64,000 nt of DNA. Origin: an uncultured Thermoprotei archaeon. GTDB taxonomy: Archaea > Thermoproteota > Thermoprotei > Thermofilales > B15-G2. A program made the translations under genes and the position numbers. Numbering within the stretch: the stretch's first letter is position 1; each line of letters starts with the position of its first letter. The notes below the pieces were generated by a model. The model worked only from the letters and a program-made list of their open reading frames with translations. It made no database searches and was not told where the DNA came from. The stretch spans positions 1 through 64,000 of the forward strand of contig CBDUKN010000014.1 in assembly GCA_965367815.1 (NCBI GenBank). Reading direction: 5' to 3'. Shown here piece after piece: positions 1 to 9,242 of the stretch.

Positions 1-1
1 T

Positions 2-250
2 ACATCTGCTAGATATTTTTAGTACTGCTTCTATATCGAAGTGGTCTCCGTGGTCATGTGTAATTAGAATTATTTTAGGGCATGGTAGTTCTTCTAGCTT
101 TACTCTGAGAGGTGTTATTCTATGCTCATAGTGATTTTTCCACCAGAATTTCTCTGCAAAGAATGGGTCTAGTAATATTTTCTTGTCTTCAATTTCTACT
201 AAGAACGAAGCGTGTCCTATGAAAGTTAGCTTAAAGCCTTCAATAAGCAT
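2..250 (-). CDS. MBL-fold metallo-hydrolase (UlaG-like), 5' part; runs off the window start
   Basis: Manual translation from ATG at 250: MLIEGFKLTFIGHASFLVEIEDKKILLDPFF...ILITHDHGDHFD; contains GHAS, DP and HxHxDH motifs. Not in the ORF track. Confidence 0.9.
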   Translation of the reverse strand, partial: MLIEGFKLTFIGHASFLVEIEDKKILLDPFFAEKFWWKNHYEHRITPLRVKLEELPCPKIILITHDHGDHFDIEAVLKISSRC

Positions 251-339
251 TCTCTCGCTTATCTCTATTTGAACAGGCAAATAAACATATTTTTGCTTCT
301 TGCGAAAAATCCTATATTTGCTCTGAGGAAAAATAAGCT

Positions 340-807
340 GTGAGCCGTATTGAAGAGTTCGTTGGTCTTCAAGACCCCTTAGTCTGTTTTCAGTGCAGAA
401 GATGTACTAGCGGCTGTCCCGTAGCTTTTCTCGAGAAAGATTATCGTCCTCACAGAATAGTAGCTTACGTTATTATGGACCGAGTAGACCAGCTTCTCGA
501 AAACGATGTTGTCTGGAAGTGTACTAGGTGCTATAAGTGTACTGAATACTGCCCTCAAGCAGTAGCTCCCTCGGACGTAGTTATGGCTCTGCAGAAACTT
601 GTTTCCGAGAAGAAGGGGTTGCCTGAAGCCTACGTGAAAATGATTAAGACAGTAGCGTCTACTGGACTATCTTTCGAGGAAATGGATATTGCTGACAGAG
701 AATTCGAGATACACAATAGAGAGAGCTTAGGGCTGGCTAAGCTTCAGCCTCCTAGTAGAATAGGCGTGATAAGTAAGATAGTTAAGGCTCTTGGAGGTGT
801 TGAGTAA
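340..807 (+). CDS. hdrC: Heterodisulfide reductase subunit C
   Basis: Two CxxCxxCxxxCP motifs (CFQCRRCTSGCP, CTRCYKCTEYCP); TAATG stop/start overlap with hdrB. Confidence 0.9.
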   Translation: MSRIEEFVGLQDPLVCFQCRRCTSGCPVAFLEKDYRPHRIVAYVIMDRVDQLLENDVVWKCTRCYKCTEYCPQAVAPSDVVMALQKLVSEKKGLPEAYVKMIKTVASTGLSFEEMDIADREFEIHNRESLGLAKLQPPSRIGVISKIVKALGGVE

Positions 808-1691
808 TGGAGAAAATTGCTGTTTACTGGGGATGCTTTACTCCGACTAAACAGTATGCGTTAGAGCTTTCAACTAGAAGTGTTTTTGAGACACTCGGCG
901 TCCAAATACTTGAACTCAGAAATAGCGCTTGCTGCGGCTACCCCTATAGAGGAGTTAAGCCTAAACTATGGCTTTATCTGTCGGCTCGAATTCTGGCTTT
1001 AGCCGAAGAACAAGGATACAAGTACTTACTGCCTGTCTGCAATGGCTGCTACAATTCTCTACTGAAAACCCAGCACTTCCTTAAAGAAAGAAAAGACGTG
1101 AGAGAAGAAGTAGCCAAGTATCTCGCTGAAGAAGGATTAAAGTACTCAGGAAGAACCAAGGTGGTACACTTCTTAGAATATCTTCACGACTACTACGGCT
1201 TAGATAAGATTAAGGAGAAGCTTTACTCTGAAAGCAGAAAAGAAATCAAAGTAGCAGCACATTATGGATGCGATGCACTCAGGCCTGGAGAAATACCTCG
1301 ATTCGATAACCCAAGAAACCCCACTAAATTCGAGAACCTGATAGAGGCGCTTGGCTACACTGCTATAAAAGACTATCCTAGAAAACTAGACTGCTGTGGA
1401 GCACCACTACTGGCAGTAAATCCTGAGCTAGCACTTAAAGTAGACTGGCTTAAGCTGGTAAATGCTGCTTCATCTGGAGCAAACCTGCTGGTAACTACTT
1501 GTGAATACTGCTTCGAAATGCTTGATACTAAACAAGAGTCCGCTTCCAAGGTAGGAGGAAAACCTGTATCTATTCCCGTAATGTACTTCCAACAACTAAT
1601 CGGCTTGGCTCTAGGGCTCTCCGAAAAAGAGTTAGGCTTGAATTTTAACATGAGTCCCGTTGAATCTATTCTAGAAAAACTCAAGAGGTGA
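807..1691 (+). CDS. hdrB: Heterodisulfide reductase subunit B (two CCG domains)
   Basis: YWGC...CCG...CNGC and HYGC...CCGA...CEYC; C-terminal PVMYFQQLIGLALG. Confidence 0.92.
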   Translation: MEKIAVYWGCFTPTKQYALELSTRSVFETLGVQILELRNSACCGYPYRGVKPKLWLYLSARILALAEEQGYKYLLPVCNGCYNSLLKTQHFLKERKDVREEVAKYLAEEGLKYSGRTKVVHFLEYLHDYYGLDKIKEKLYSESRKEIKVAAHYGCDALRPGEIPRFDNPRNPTKFENLIEALGYTAIKDYPRKLDCCGAPLLAVNPELALKVDWLKLVNAASSGANLLVTTCEYCFEMLDTKQESASKVGGKPVSIPVMYFQQLIGLALGLSEKELGLNFNMSPVESILEKLKR

Positions 1692-1695
1692 GAAA

Positions 1696-4092
1696 ATGGT
1701 TAAAATAGGTGTCTACGTATGTCATTGCGGCTCAAACATCGCTGGAGTAGTCGACGTAAAGAAAGTAGTAGAAAAGGTCAGTAAGCTTCCCGGAGTAGTT
1801 GTAGCTAGAGACTACACTTACATGTGTTCTGATCCTGGCCAGAACCTCATAATAGAAGACATCAAGAAATACAGTTTAGACAGAGTAATTATTGCTGCTT
1901 GTACTCCTTCAATGCATGAGAAAACATTCCGCAGAGTAGCCGAGAGAGCTGAGCTGAACAAGTATCTCGTAGAAATCGTTAATATTAGGGAACAGTGTTC
2001 ATGGGCTCATGAAGAAGATCCTGAAGGTGCTACCGAGAAAGCAGCAGCTTTAATAGCTATGGCTGTAGCTAAAGCCCACTACTTAAAGCAGCTAGAAGAG
2101 CTGAGAATACCTGCTGTCAAAAGAGTCCTAGTTATTGGCGGAGGAATAGCCGGCATGACTGCTTCACTCGCTTTGGCAGACATGGGCTACGAAGTAGTTC
2201 TCGTAGAAAAAGAGCCGAGTATAGGCGGCAATATGGCGAAAATAGGGAGAGTTTTCCCTACGATGGACTGTGCTCCCTGTATAATAACTCCTGTAATGGT
2301 GGAAGTAGCGCGGAACCCGCGAATAAAGCTCTATACTTACTCTGAGGTAGGGGAAGTTTCGGGCGGGCCCGGACGGTTTAAAGTAAGAATAAAGAAGAAG
2401 CCGAGGTACATTAAAGAAGATCTCTGTGTAGGCTGCGGAGTATGTGTAGATAAGTGTCCAGTTAAAGTGCCTAGCGAGTTCGAAGAGGGATTAAAGTACC
2501 GTAAAGCAATCTACATACCGTTCCCTCAAGCAGTCCCAAGAACCCCTGTAATAGATACTGAACATTGCCTATACTTTACTAAAGGAGTATGCAGGATGTG
2601 TGAAAAAGTATGTCCTACTAAAGCAGTAGACTTTACGCAGAAAGAAGAAGTTGTTGAAGAAGAAGTAGGAGCAATAATAGTTGCCACAGGATACAAGCTC
2701 TTCGATATATCTAAGTTACCGGAATACAGCTACGGTAAATCAAAGTACATTATAACAGGACTCCAAATGGAGAGAATAGTAGTCAACAAAGTTATCGGCG
2801 AAAAAACGCTAATAGACTTCGCTCCCAAAGTAGCTGCAGTAATACTGTGCGCTGGATCGAGAGACGAGAACGCTCTACCTTACTGCTGTCGCTTTGGCTG
2901 TGCCGCGGGCTTAAAGCACGCACTCTACTTAAAGAAGCTCTTCGGCTGCGAGAAAGTCTACTTAATATACCAGGATATAAGAGCCTTTGGTAAAGGCTAC
3001 GAAGACTTCTATAGGCGAGTGAGAGAAGCAGGAGTAATATTCATTCAAGGCAAGCCTAGCGAAATAGAAGTAATTGGAGAAAACGAGCTCCTAATACGTG
3101 TCTACAACACTGCACTAGATGAAGTACAGGAGCTTAAAGTAAATGCTGTAGTGCTTGAGACAGGAGTAGAGCCTAGCGACGGTACACTTGAAATAGCCGA
3201 GAAAGTGAAAATACCTTTAGGCCTAGATAAATTCATACTCGAAGTACACCCTAAGCTAAAGCCCGTAGAAACATATGTTTCAGGAATCTTCGCAGCAGGC
3301 TGCGCCTTAGGACCAAAAGATATACCTGATACAATAGCTCAAGCTAAAGCAGCCGCATCGGCCGCGGCATCAATGCTGGCTACAGGCGAAATAATAAAAG
3401 AACCCTACTATGCCGTAGTAGATGAAGAAAAATGCACTGGATGCGGTGTGTGCGTCTCAGCGTGCCCATTCGGCGCCATAGACATAGTAGAGAAAAACGG
3501 AAAGAAAGTAGCTGTAGTAGACCCAACTAAATGCAAAGGAGCCGGAATATGTGTACCAGCCTGCCCCTACAGCGCAATAGATACTACTGTAGACAGTGAA
3601 GAACAGCTACTAGCCTACATTAAAGCGGCAGCAGATTGGCCTATACGTCCCAAGATACTCCTAATAGCAGACGAGTGCGGAGGATACGCTGCAGCAGACC
3701 TCGCAGGACTCTCTAAGTTCACTTATCCTCCAGTAGCACTAACACTTAAAGTAAAGTGTGCCGGAAGAATAACTCCAAGAATAATAGTCGAGGCATTTAA
3801 AGCAGGATTCGACGGAATAGTAATAGCAGCTGGCCCGCCTGAAGTCTGCCACTACGCTAAAGGAGCAATATACTGCCAGAAAACAGTAGAAGCGGTTAAG
3901 AAAGCTATGAAAGAGCACGGAGTAGAAGAAGATAGACTAGTCTTAAAGTGGACAGTAGCACCTGCAGCAAAACCACTTGCCACTACAATAACACAGCTAG
4001 CAGAGAAACTAAAAAAGCTAGGATCCCTCAAAGCATCTGAAGAAAACTTAAGCAAAATACTAGAGACCGCTAGTAAAGAACTTTCATTTTAA
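1696..4092 (+). CDS. hdrA: Heterodisulfide reductase subunit A with C-terminally fused MvhD-like domain
   Basis: KIGVYVCHCG, YMCSDPGQ, ACTP..HE.TF, NIREQCSW, GGGIAG FAD motif, inserted and C-terminal 2[4Fe-4S] ferredoxins, then the MvhD-like YAAADLAG...CAGR...GFDG...CHY. Confidence 0.93.
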   Translation: MVKIGVYVCHCGSNIAGVVDVKKVVEKVSKLPGVVVARDYTYMCSDPGQNLIIEDIKKYSLDRVIIAACTPSMHEKTFRRVAERAELNKYLVEIVNIREQCSWAHEEDPEGATEKAAALIAMAVAKAHYLKQLEELRIPAVKRVLVIGGGIAGMTASLALADMGYEVVLVEKEPSIGGNMAKIGRVFPTMDCAPCIITPVMVEVARNPRIKLYTYSEVGEVSGGPGRFKVRIKKKPRYIKEDLCVGCGVCVDKCPVKVPSEFEEGLKYRKAIYIPFPQAVPRTPVIDTEHCLYFTKGVCRMCEKVCPTKAVDFTQKEEVVEEEVGAIIVATGYKLFDISKLPEYSYGKSKYIITGLQMERIVVNKVIGEKTLIDFAPKVAAVILCAGSRDENALPYCCRFGCAAGLKHALYLKKLFGCEKVYLIYQDIRAFGKGYEDFYRRVREAGVIFIQGKPSEIEVIGENELLIRVYNTALDEVQELKVNAVVLETGVEPSDGTLEIAEKVKIPLGLDKFILEVHPKLKPVETYVSGIFAAGCALGPKDIPDTIAQAKAAASAAASMLATGEIIKEPYYAVVDEEKCTGCGVCVSACPFGAIDIVEKNGKKVAVVDPTKCKGAGICVPACPYSAIDTTVDSEEQLLAYIKAAADWPIRPKILLIADECGGYAAADLAGLSKFTYPPVALTLKVKCAGRITPRIIVEAFKAGFDGIVIAAGPPEVCHYAKGAIYCQKTVEAVKKAMKEHGVEEDRLVLKWTVAPAAKPLATTITQLAEKLKKLGSLKASEENLSKILETASKELSF

Positions 4093-4124
4093 ATTTATTA
4101 CCCCAGCGATTTCACTTCAAATAA

Positions 4125-4445
4125 AATATCTAAAAATTCTTTCCCGAAAACGATGTTCAAGCAAACCAGTATCTCATAGTAGACTCAAATGAAGCTCTTC
4201 TACTTGACCCCAGAGGAAAAATAGTGTTTAATAATCTTTTAAGCGAAGTAGGCAAAATAATACCTCTAAAAAACATTAAAGTAATTTTTGCTACACACCA
4301 AGACCCAGTCATAGTTTCCGCTCTAACTTCGTGGATAGTAGTCTGCCCCCAAGCTAAAGTATATTTGCCTAAACTATGGTCAAGATTTCTGCCACATATT
4401 TTCTCAAAAGAGAGAAGCTGGGACTTTATAGTAGACTTATTTTAA
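4125..4445 (+). pseudogene. Remnant of an MBL-fold di-iron protein (ODP/FprA-like N-terminal domain)
   Basis: Frame reads DVQANQYLIVDSNEALLLDPRG...THQDPVI...W...LWSRFLPH; no proper start, motifs DPGG>DPRG and HQDPD>HQDPV degraded, 3' truncated. Confidence 0.75.
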
Positions 4446-4558
4446 CCATTACTCTGCAAAGACTATTAGAGCAATAGTCATTAACTTTCGCTGATAATTT
4501 TTATAGCATTATTAAAAGGATAGATTTATACATTTGTGTAAATATATTATCTACGAGA

Positions 4559-4851
4559 ATGAGAAGTAGAGATGAAGTACTAGAGATTCTTAGAAAAGAG
4601 CTTCCATATTTAAGGAGAAAGTATGGCGTGAAGGCTATTGGTGTTTTTGGCTCCTATGCGAGAAATGACAGAAGAAGCAAAGTGATATTGATATTTTAGT
4701 AGAGTTTAATAGACCTATAGGATTTTTCAAATTTATTGAACTTGAAGAATATCTTAGTAAAAGACTTAGAATAAAAGTGGATCTAGTTACTCCAGATGCT
4801 TTGAAACCGCTAATAAAAGCAAAAATTCTAAAGGAAGTTATTTATGTCTAA
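4559..4851 (+). pseudogene. Minimal nucleotidyltransferase (MNT) antitoxin with a 1-bp deletion
   Basis: MRSRDEVLEIL...GVFGSYARN then frameshift near 4668 to QKKQSDIDILVEF...KVDLVT...KEVIYV*; span is 293 nt, one short of 98 codons; overlaps the HEPN start. Confidence 0.88.
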
Positions 4852-5200
4852 AAGAGATTTTAAACTATTCTTATATGATATTTTAGAAGCTATTGAAAGA
4901 ATCGAGAATTATACAAAGAATATGAGTTACAGAGACTTTCTTCGTGATAGAAAAACTCAGGATGCAGTTATTCGAAACTTAGAAATAATAGGTGAAGCTG
5001 CTAAAAATTTGCCTAAGAATATTAAGAAAAGATATCCTAAAATTCCCTGGAGAGCATTAAGTGAAATGCGAGATAAACTCATTCACGCTTACTTTGGCGT
5101 CAGCCTATCTATTGTATGGGAAACTATTAAAAATGACCTACCAGTACTTAAACAGCAAGTTGAGAGTATATTAAAGGATCTAAAAGATGAATCTATGTAA
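4844..5200 (+). CDS. HEPN/DUF86 ribonuclease toxin (HepT-like)
   Basis: DAVIRNLEIIGEA, IPW and intact RX4HXY motif (MRDKLIHAY). Confidence 0.92.
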   Translation: MSKRDFKLFLYDILEAIERIENYTKNMSYRDFLRDRKTQDAVIRNLEIIGEAAKNLPKNIKKRYPKIPWRALSEMRDKLIHAYFGVSLSIVWETIKNDLPVLKQQVESILKDLKDESM

Positions 5201-5357
5201 GCCCAGTAAATTTACCTTTAATGTCTTAAGAATATATTTAATTAGGGACGCATTATTTCATTAATTTATTGATATTTCAGAAATGTTTATATAGTTTTCT
5301 CTTTAAGGTGAAATTACTTAACGGTATTCAAATATATGTTTATACAGACAATTTCTC

Positions 5358-6980
5358 GTGAAAATAGAGTCATTTGTATTCTACAGAGACTGGGATCCTA
5401 GTAGGCGTGAAGATGCTTTAAAGGAGCTCAGAGACCATAATATACGCTATATTTTTGTTTCAGGAGGATTTAGCTTGCTTGGAGTCTACAGCAACGATAA
5501 AGTAGCTGATAAAGCCAGAGAATTCATAGAGCTAGCCTACAAGAAATATGGCATTAAGTGTATTGTTCCACTAGGAAGAGGAAAGAAACGCAGACTCTTC
5601 ATTGACCGAGAATTCGTTAGAGAGCAATCCGAGGCAATAGCTGGCGCAGTTGAAAAGCTTAAAGATCTTGAAGGATTTTATGCAATCTACTTAGACGACG
5701 AACCCTATCTCACTTGGGATTTCTCAGTAGAGCGTGTGAGAGACGAGTTTAACGACTTATTCGAAAAAGAGACAGGATATAGGCTTCCCGACGAAGGGAG
5801 AGTTAAAGGGCGGTGGGACTATGAAACAGCTTTGGCTTTCTGCAAATGGGTTGGCAGAAAATATGTCGAGTACTTGAGGGCGCTGATAACAGCATACAAA
5901 AAGATATGTCCTCGCATAAAGTCTCTTATAAACTTCTATTTACCCAGTATTCTTCCTTCAGTAGATGCTCCCGTAGACGTCCATGGCATAATTGAGACAG
6001 TAGACTTAATTTCGCACGACATATATCCGGGATGGCATTACTACTACTGTAGCTCGCTTGAAAACATGGTTGCTTTTCAAACAAAGTTCCTCAGATGCCT
6101 GACAGACAAACCTCTTTGGACTATTCTACAAGGACATAGAATCATGCTAGGATATGCTCCTACACTAGAGCAGATAGAAAAATGGGCTCTAGACGCTGTT
6201 GAATGTGGCTCTGATTATGTAGGATGGTATGCGGCTGAACATGATTACTTAATGGGGGTGGCTGTTCCAATTAAAGCAGAGTACACTAAGTATGGGTGCC
6301 CTGAGAGATGGAAGAAAATGCTCGAAGTATCGAAGAAAATAACTGAAATGGAGAAAAAGACTAGTAAAGCAGAGGTAGCTATTTTCGCTTCCTATGACTC
6401 AATTCTCACGCATGGCCACCGTCCACTAATATACGCTTTCGTTACTTTATACAAAGATGCTGGTATTGAAGTAGACTTTATTACAGAAAAACATGTTGAG
6501 AAAAACTCCAATGTATTAGAAAAATACCGCTGTATTTTCCTAGGCTATACACCTGTTTTGAGAAAATCACTGCTACCTATTTTCGAAAAATACGTTAAAA
6601 AAGGAGGCTTGCTTGTAGCCTGCTGTAACGACCTGCGATTCGATGAAAAGTTAGGAGATTTAAGTGAGTGGAAGAAAAAGCTCTTCGGAGTTGCTCGAGA
6701 AAAAGTTTTCTGGAAAGAAGACTCTGTTAAAGTAACAGGTAAAGTACCTAAGCTGAGAGACGTCGAGCTTAAGGGATTCTGGGAGCGCCGCGCTATACTT
6801 GAGACAGATGGTCTCGTCGATGTACTTGGAGTATGGTCTAGTGGAGAGCCAGCAGTAATCTCAAAGAAAATTAGCGGCGGGAAGACAGTTTACATCGGTA
6901 CTAGACCCTATTTAGCGAATTGTGTTAAAGGAGAAAGAAAATGGGTTGATTTTGTTAAAGCAATCATAGAAACAAAGTAG
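5358..6980 (+). CDS. Glycoside hydrolase, GH42-like (TIM barrel plus beta-galactosidase trimerization domain)
   Basis: IYLDDEP acid/base-like motif, SHDIYP, C-terminal trimerization-type domain (EVAIFASYDS...YVKKGGLLV...GEPAVI...GKTVYIG). Confidence 0.65.
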   Translation: MKIESFVFYRDWDPSRREDALKELRDHNIRYIFVSGGFSLLGVYSNDKVADKAREFIELAYKKYGIKCIVPLGRGKKRRLFIDREFVREQSEAIAGAVEKLKDLEGFYAIYLDDEPYLTWDFSVERVRDEFNDLFEKETGYRLPDEGRVKGRWDYETALAFCKWVGRKYVEYLRALITAYKKICPRIKSLINFYLPSILPSVDAPVDVHGIIETVDLISHDIYPGWHYYYCSSLENMVAFQTKFLRCLTDKPLWTILQGHRIMLGYAPTLEQIEKWALDAVECGSDYVGWYAAEHDYLMGVAVPIKAEYTKYGCPERWKKMLEVSKKITEMEKKTSKAEVAIFASYDSILTHGHRPLIYAFVTLYKDAGIEVDFITEKHVEKNSNVLEKYRCIFLGYTPVLRKSLLPIFEKYVKKGGLLVACCNDLRFDEKLGDLSEWKKKLFGVAREKVFWKEDSVKVTGKVPKLRDVELKGFWERRAILETDGLVDVLGVWSSGEPAVISKKISGGKTVYIGTRPYLANCVKGERKWVDFVKAIIETK

Positions 6981-6981
6981 C

Positions 6982-9123
6982 TTATGTTTCAGCGTTAGCT
7001 AATTTAATTAAATTTTTTATAAACTGTATTACTGGCTGAATTTCGTCTAAATTCCTGTCTGCTATCTGTAGTCCTAGTCTAGGGAACCAGAATACTATCC
7101 TTCCTTTACGGCCCACAGTTGCTACAGTCGAGTTCTGGTCAAGTACTCCGAGTACTTTGTAGCCTTCAGCTTTGTAGTCGAATACAGGTATATAAAGTAT
7201 GTTATATGGGCTTTTTACGTCGCCTCGCTTACCTTTAATTCCTTCGAGTAGCGGGTCGTCTTCGTGAGTAAATTTCCAAGAATACTTAGTTACCTTGACT
7301 TCGGCTACTGCCGAACTTATGTTTAGTAGCTTTTTTAGCTGCTCGAATTTCCTACCGCCGTACCAGTCGTATGCACCTGTTCTGCCTACTATGAATAACC
7401 ATCCTCCTCTTTTCACATAGTCTACGAGAATACCTACAGTCTGATTGTCTATTCGGAACATGTTGTCAAGTATTATTAGCTTGTATTCATTGAGTAGACT
7501 AGGATTATCTTTTACTTCGTCTACTGGAAGAACATCACAGTCTATTCCCGCTGCATGTAGCAGTATCCATAGTGCTGAAATTTCTGAAAGCTTGTATGGC
7601 TGTTTAGAGTAGTAAGTGAAGAAAGAGAGCTTAGGCTCGTCGAATATAAGTATTTTAGTTTTCTTTAATTCTCCTTCGGGCGTAGACTTGAAAGTCTCTA
7701 TGAAAATCTTTATTTGCTCGTCAGTAAACTCAGGTTGCTCTAAGTCTGAGCCAGGCATCGGTACATGACCTCCCCATATCGCCAAACCTGTGCCCGTCTT
7801 TCTAGCCATTTCGGCGACAGCTTTAATGTATTCTGGGTGCTTATCGTAGTCTACGCCTGGCCTCCCTTCCCACTTTATTAAAGCTGCTTTCCCGTGGTGT
7901 TCGAAGTACTTGAGAAAAGGCGGATAACACTTGTACTCAATTATTATTTTCGCGTTTTTCTCGCTGAGACCGGGATGTACGTGAACTACGTCTATTGGAG
8001 ACTTAGCGTAACTGTAGTAGTCTATGCTCAAGAAAGCCACGTAGTTCAGCGACGAGTATAGTGGAGTTGCAGGCGTCTGGAAAAGCACATGATTTGGGTC
8101 AAGCCTCTTGTATAGTTCAGCGAAGTGAAGCATACATGTAGTCTTTTCTTCTAGGCGGAAAAGCATCCAGTCGAGCCACTGTCTCCGAGTATCACCTGGC
8201 CCATTAATAAACTCTACAAGCTCTTTGTAAGATTTAGGAGGAGGCAGAGGCTGAGGAGGCAAAGCATTATCGAATATCACTGAATCGTTGCCCCATGCTC
8301 TTCTCAATGCCTCCACGTCATTGTTATAAGTTTTCCTAAGCCATTCTCTAAACCTCTTGATAGCAGTAGGCGAGTAGTCGTAGATACCCCAAGACGAGTA
8401 ATATCCAGCACCCGGATAATTGTCTTCACTAGTCCAGCCAAAACAGAGATCCCAGCCAAGTAGCGCCGGGTGATTCCTATACCGCTTAACTATCGCCTCT
8501 ATTACTTGGTCAGCGTACTTCAGTAAGGCGGGCGAATTAAATGTAGCCATATAGCATAGCCCACCAGTATTGTTTACTTGAAGATGACCAGGAAAATTCT
8601 TTATCCACCAGAGCGGAGGCTTAAGATAATAGAAGCCTAGAACAACATATACTCCCTTCTTAGCAGCGTAGTTGAGTATATCATCTATATGCTTGAAATC
8701 TATTAAGTCAGCAGCGTTTTCAGGTAAACTCAAGTCTGGTAAAAGCTCTATTGCTTCTCTTAGTCTTCCCTCTGAAACCAGCTGCTTAATTCTCTCAGCC
8801 AACTTAGGGTTTTCTTCAATAAACTTCTGCGTTACTTTATCCAACATAAGCCAGTCCACTTTAATGCGGCAGAACAAAACTCTGTATTCGGCGGCTTTAT
8901 CAATGTACTCTTTAATTTCAGTAGTAGCATAGAATCCGAGGAGATCTACTGGCTTATTGTCTAAAAATAACTTAACATTACCGTCAATTTTCTTCACGTA
9001 GCTCTTAACAGGCTTAGTTAAAACTGCAGAGTTTTTCTTTTTGAAAATAACTAGACCCAGAGTGAAAACTACAAGGCCAGCAAGTATTAAGACTAGTAAT
9101 ATTTTCCTTGATATATGCTGCAT
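6982..9123 (-). CDS. Membrane-anchored GH42-like beta-galactosidase family protein
   Basis: N-terminal TM/signal segment; PPLWW, RYRNHPALLGW, FREWLRKTY...AW, YVKRGG trimerization domain. Confidence 0.7.
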   Translation of the reverse strand: MQHISRKILLVLILAGLVVFTLGLVIFKKKNSAVLTKPVKSYVKKIDGNVKLFLDNKPVDLLGFYATTEIKEYIDKAAEYRVLFCRIKVDWLMLDKVTQKFIEENPKLAERIKQLVSEGRLREAIELLPDLSLPENAADLIDFKHIDDILNYAAKKGVYVVLGFYYLKPPLWWIKNFPGHLQVNNTGGLCYMATFNSPALLKYADQVIEAIVKRYRNHPALLGWDLCFGWTSEDNYPGAGYYSSWGIYDYSPTAIKRFREWLRKTYNNDVEALRRAWGNDSVIFDNALPPQPLPPPKSYKELVEFINGPGDTRRQWLDWMLFRLEEKTTCMLHFAELYKRLDPNHVLFQTPATPLYSSLNYVAFLSIDYYSYAKSPIDVVHVHPGLSEKNAKIIIEYKCYPPFLKYFEHHGKAALIKWEGRPGVDYDKHPEYIKAVAEMARKTGTGLAIWGGHVPMPGSDLEQPEFTDEQIKIFIETFKSTPEGELKKTKILIFDEPKLSFFTYYSKQPYKLSEISALWILLHAAGIDCDVLPVDEVKDNPSLLNEYKLIILDNMFRIDNQTVGILVDYVKRGGWLFIVGRTGAYDWYGGRKFEQLKKLLNISSAVAEVKVTKYSWKFTHEDDPLLEGIKGKRGDVKSPYNILYIPVFDYKAEGYKVLGVLDQNSTVATVGRKGRIVFWFPRLGLQIADRNLDEIQPVIQFIKNLIKLANAET

Positions 9124-9242
9124 ATGGAAAAGAAGAACCTATTAACATATGCCTTATTTATTTTAAGTATAGGTGAAAAATCTATACGAATAGTCTATAG
9201 TCAGCCATAAAGATTTATCTATTCTCATTATATTATATTTAC

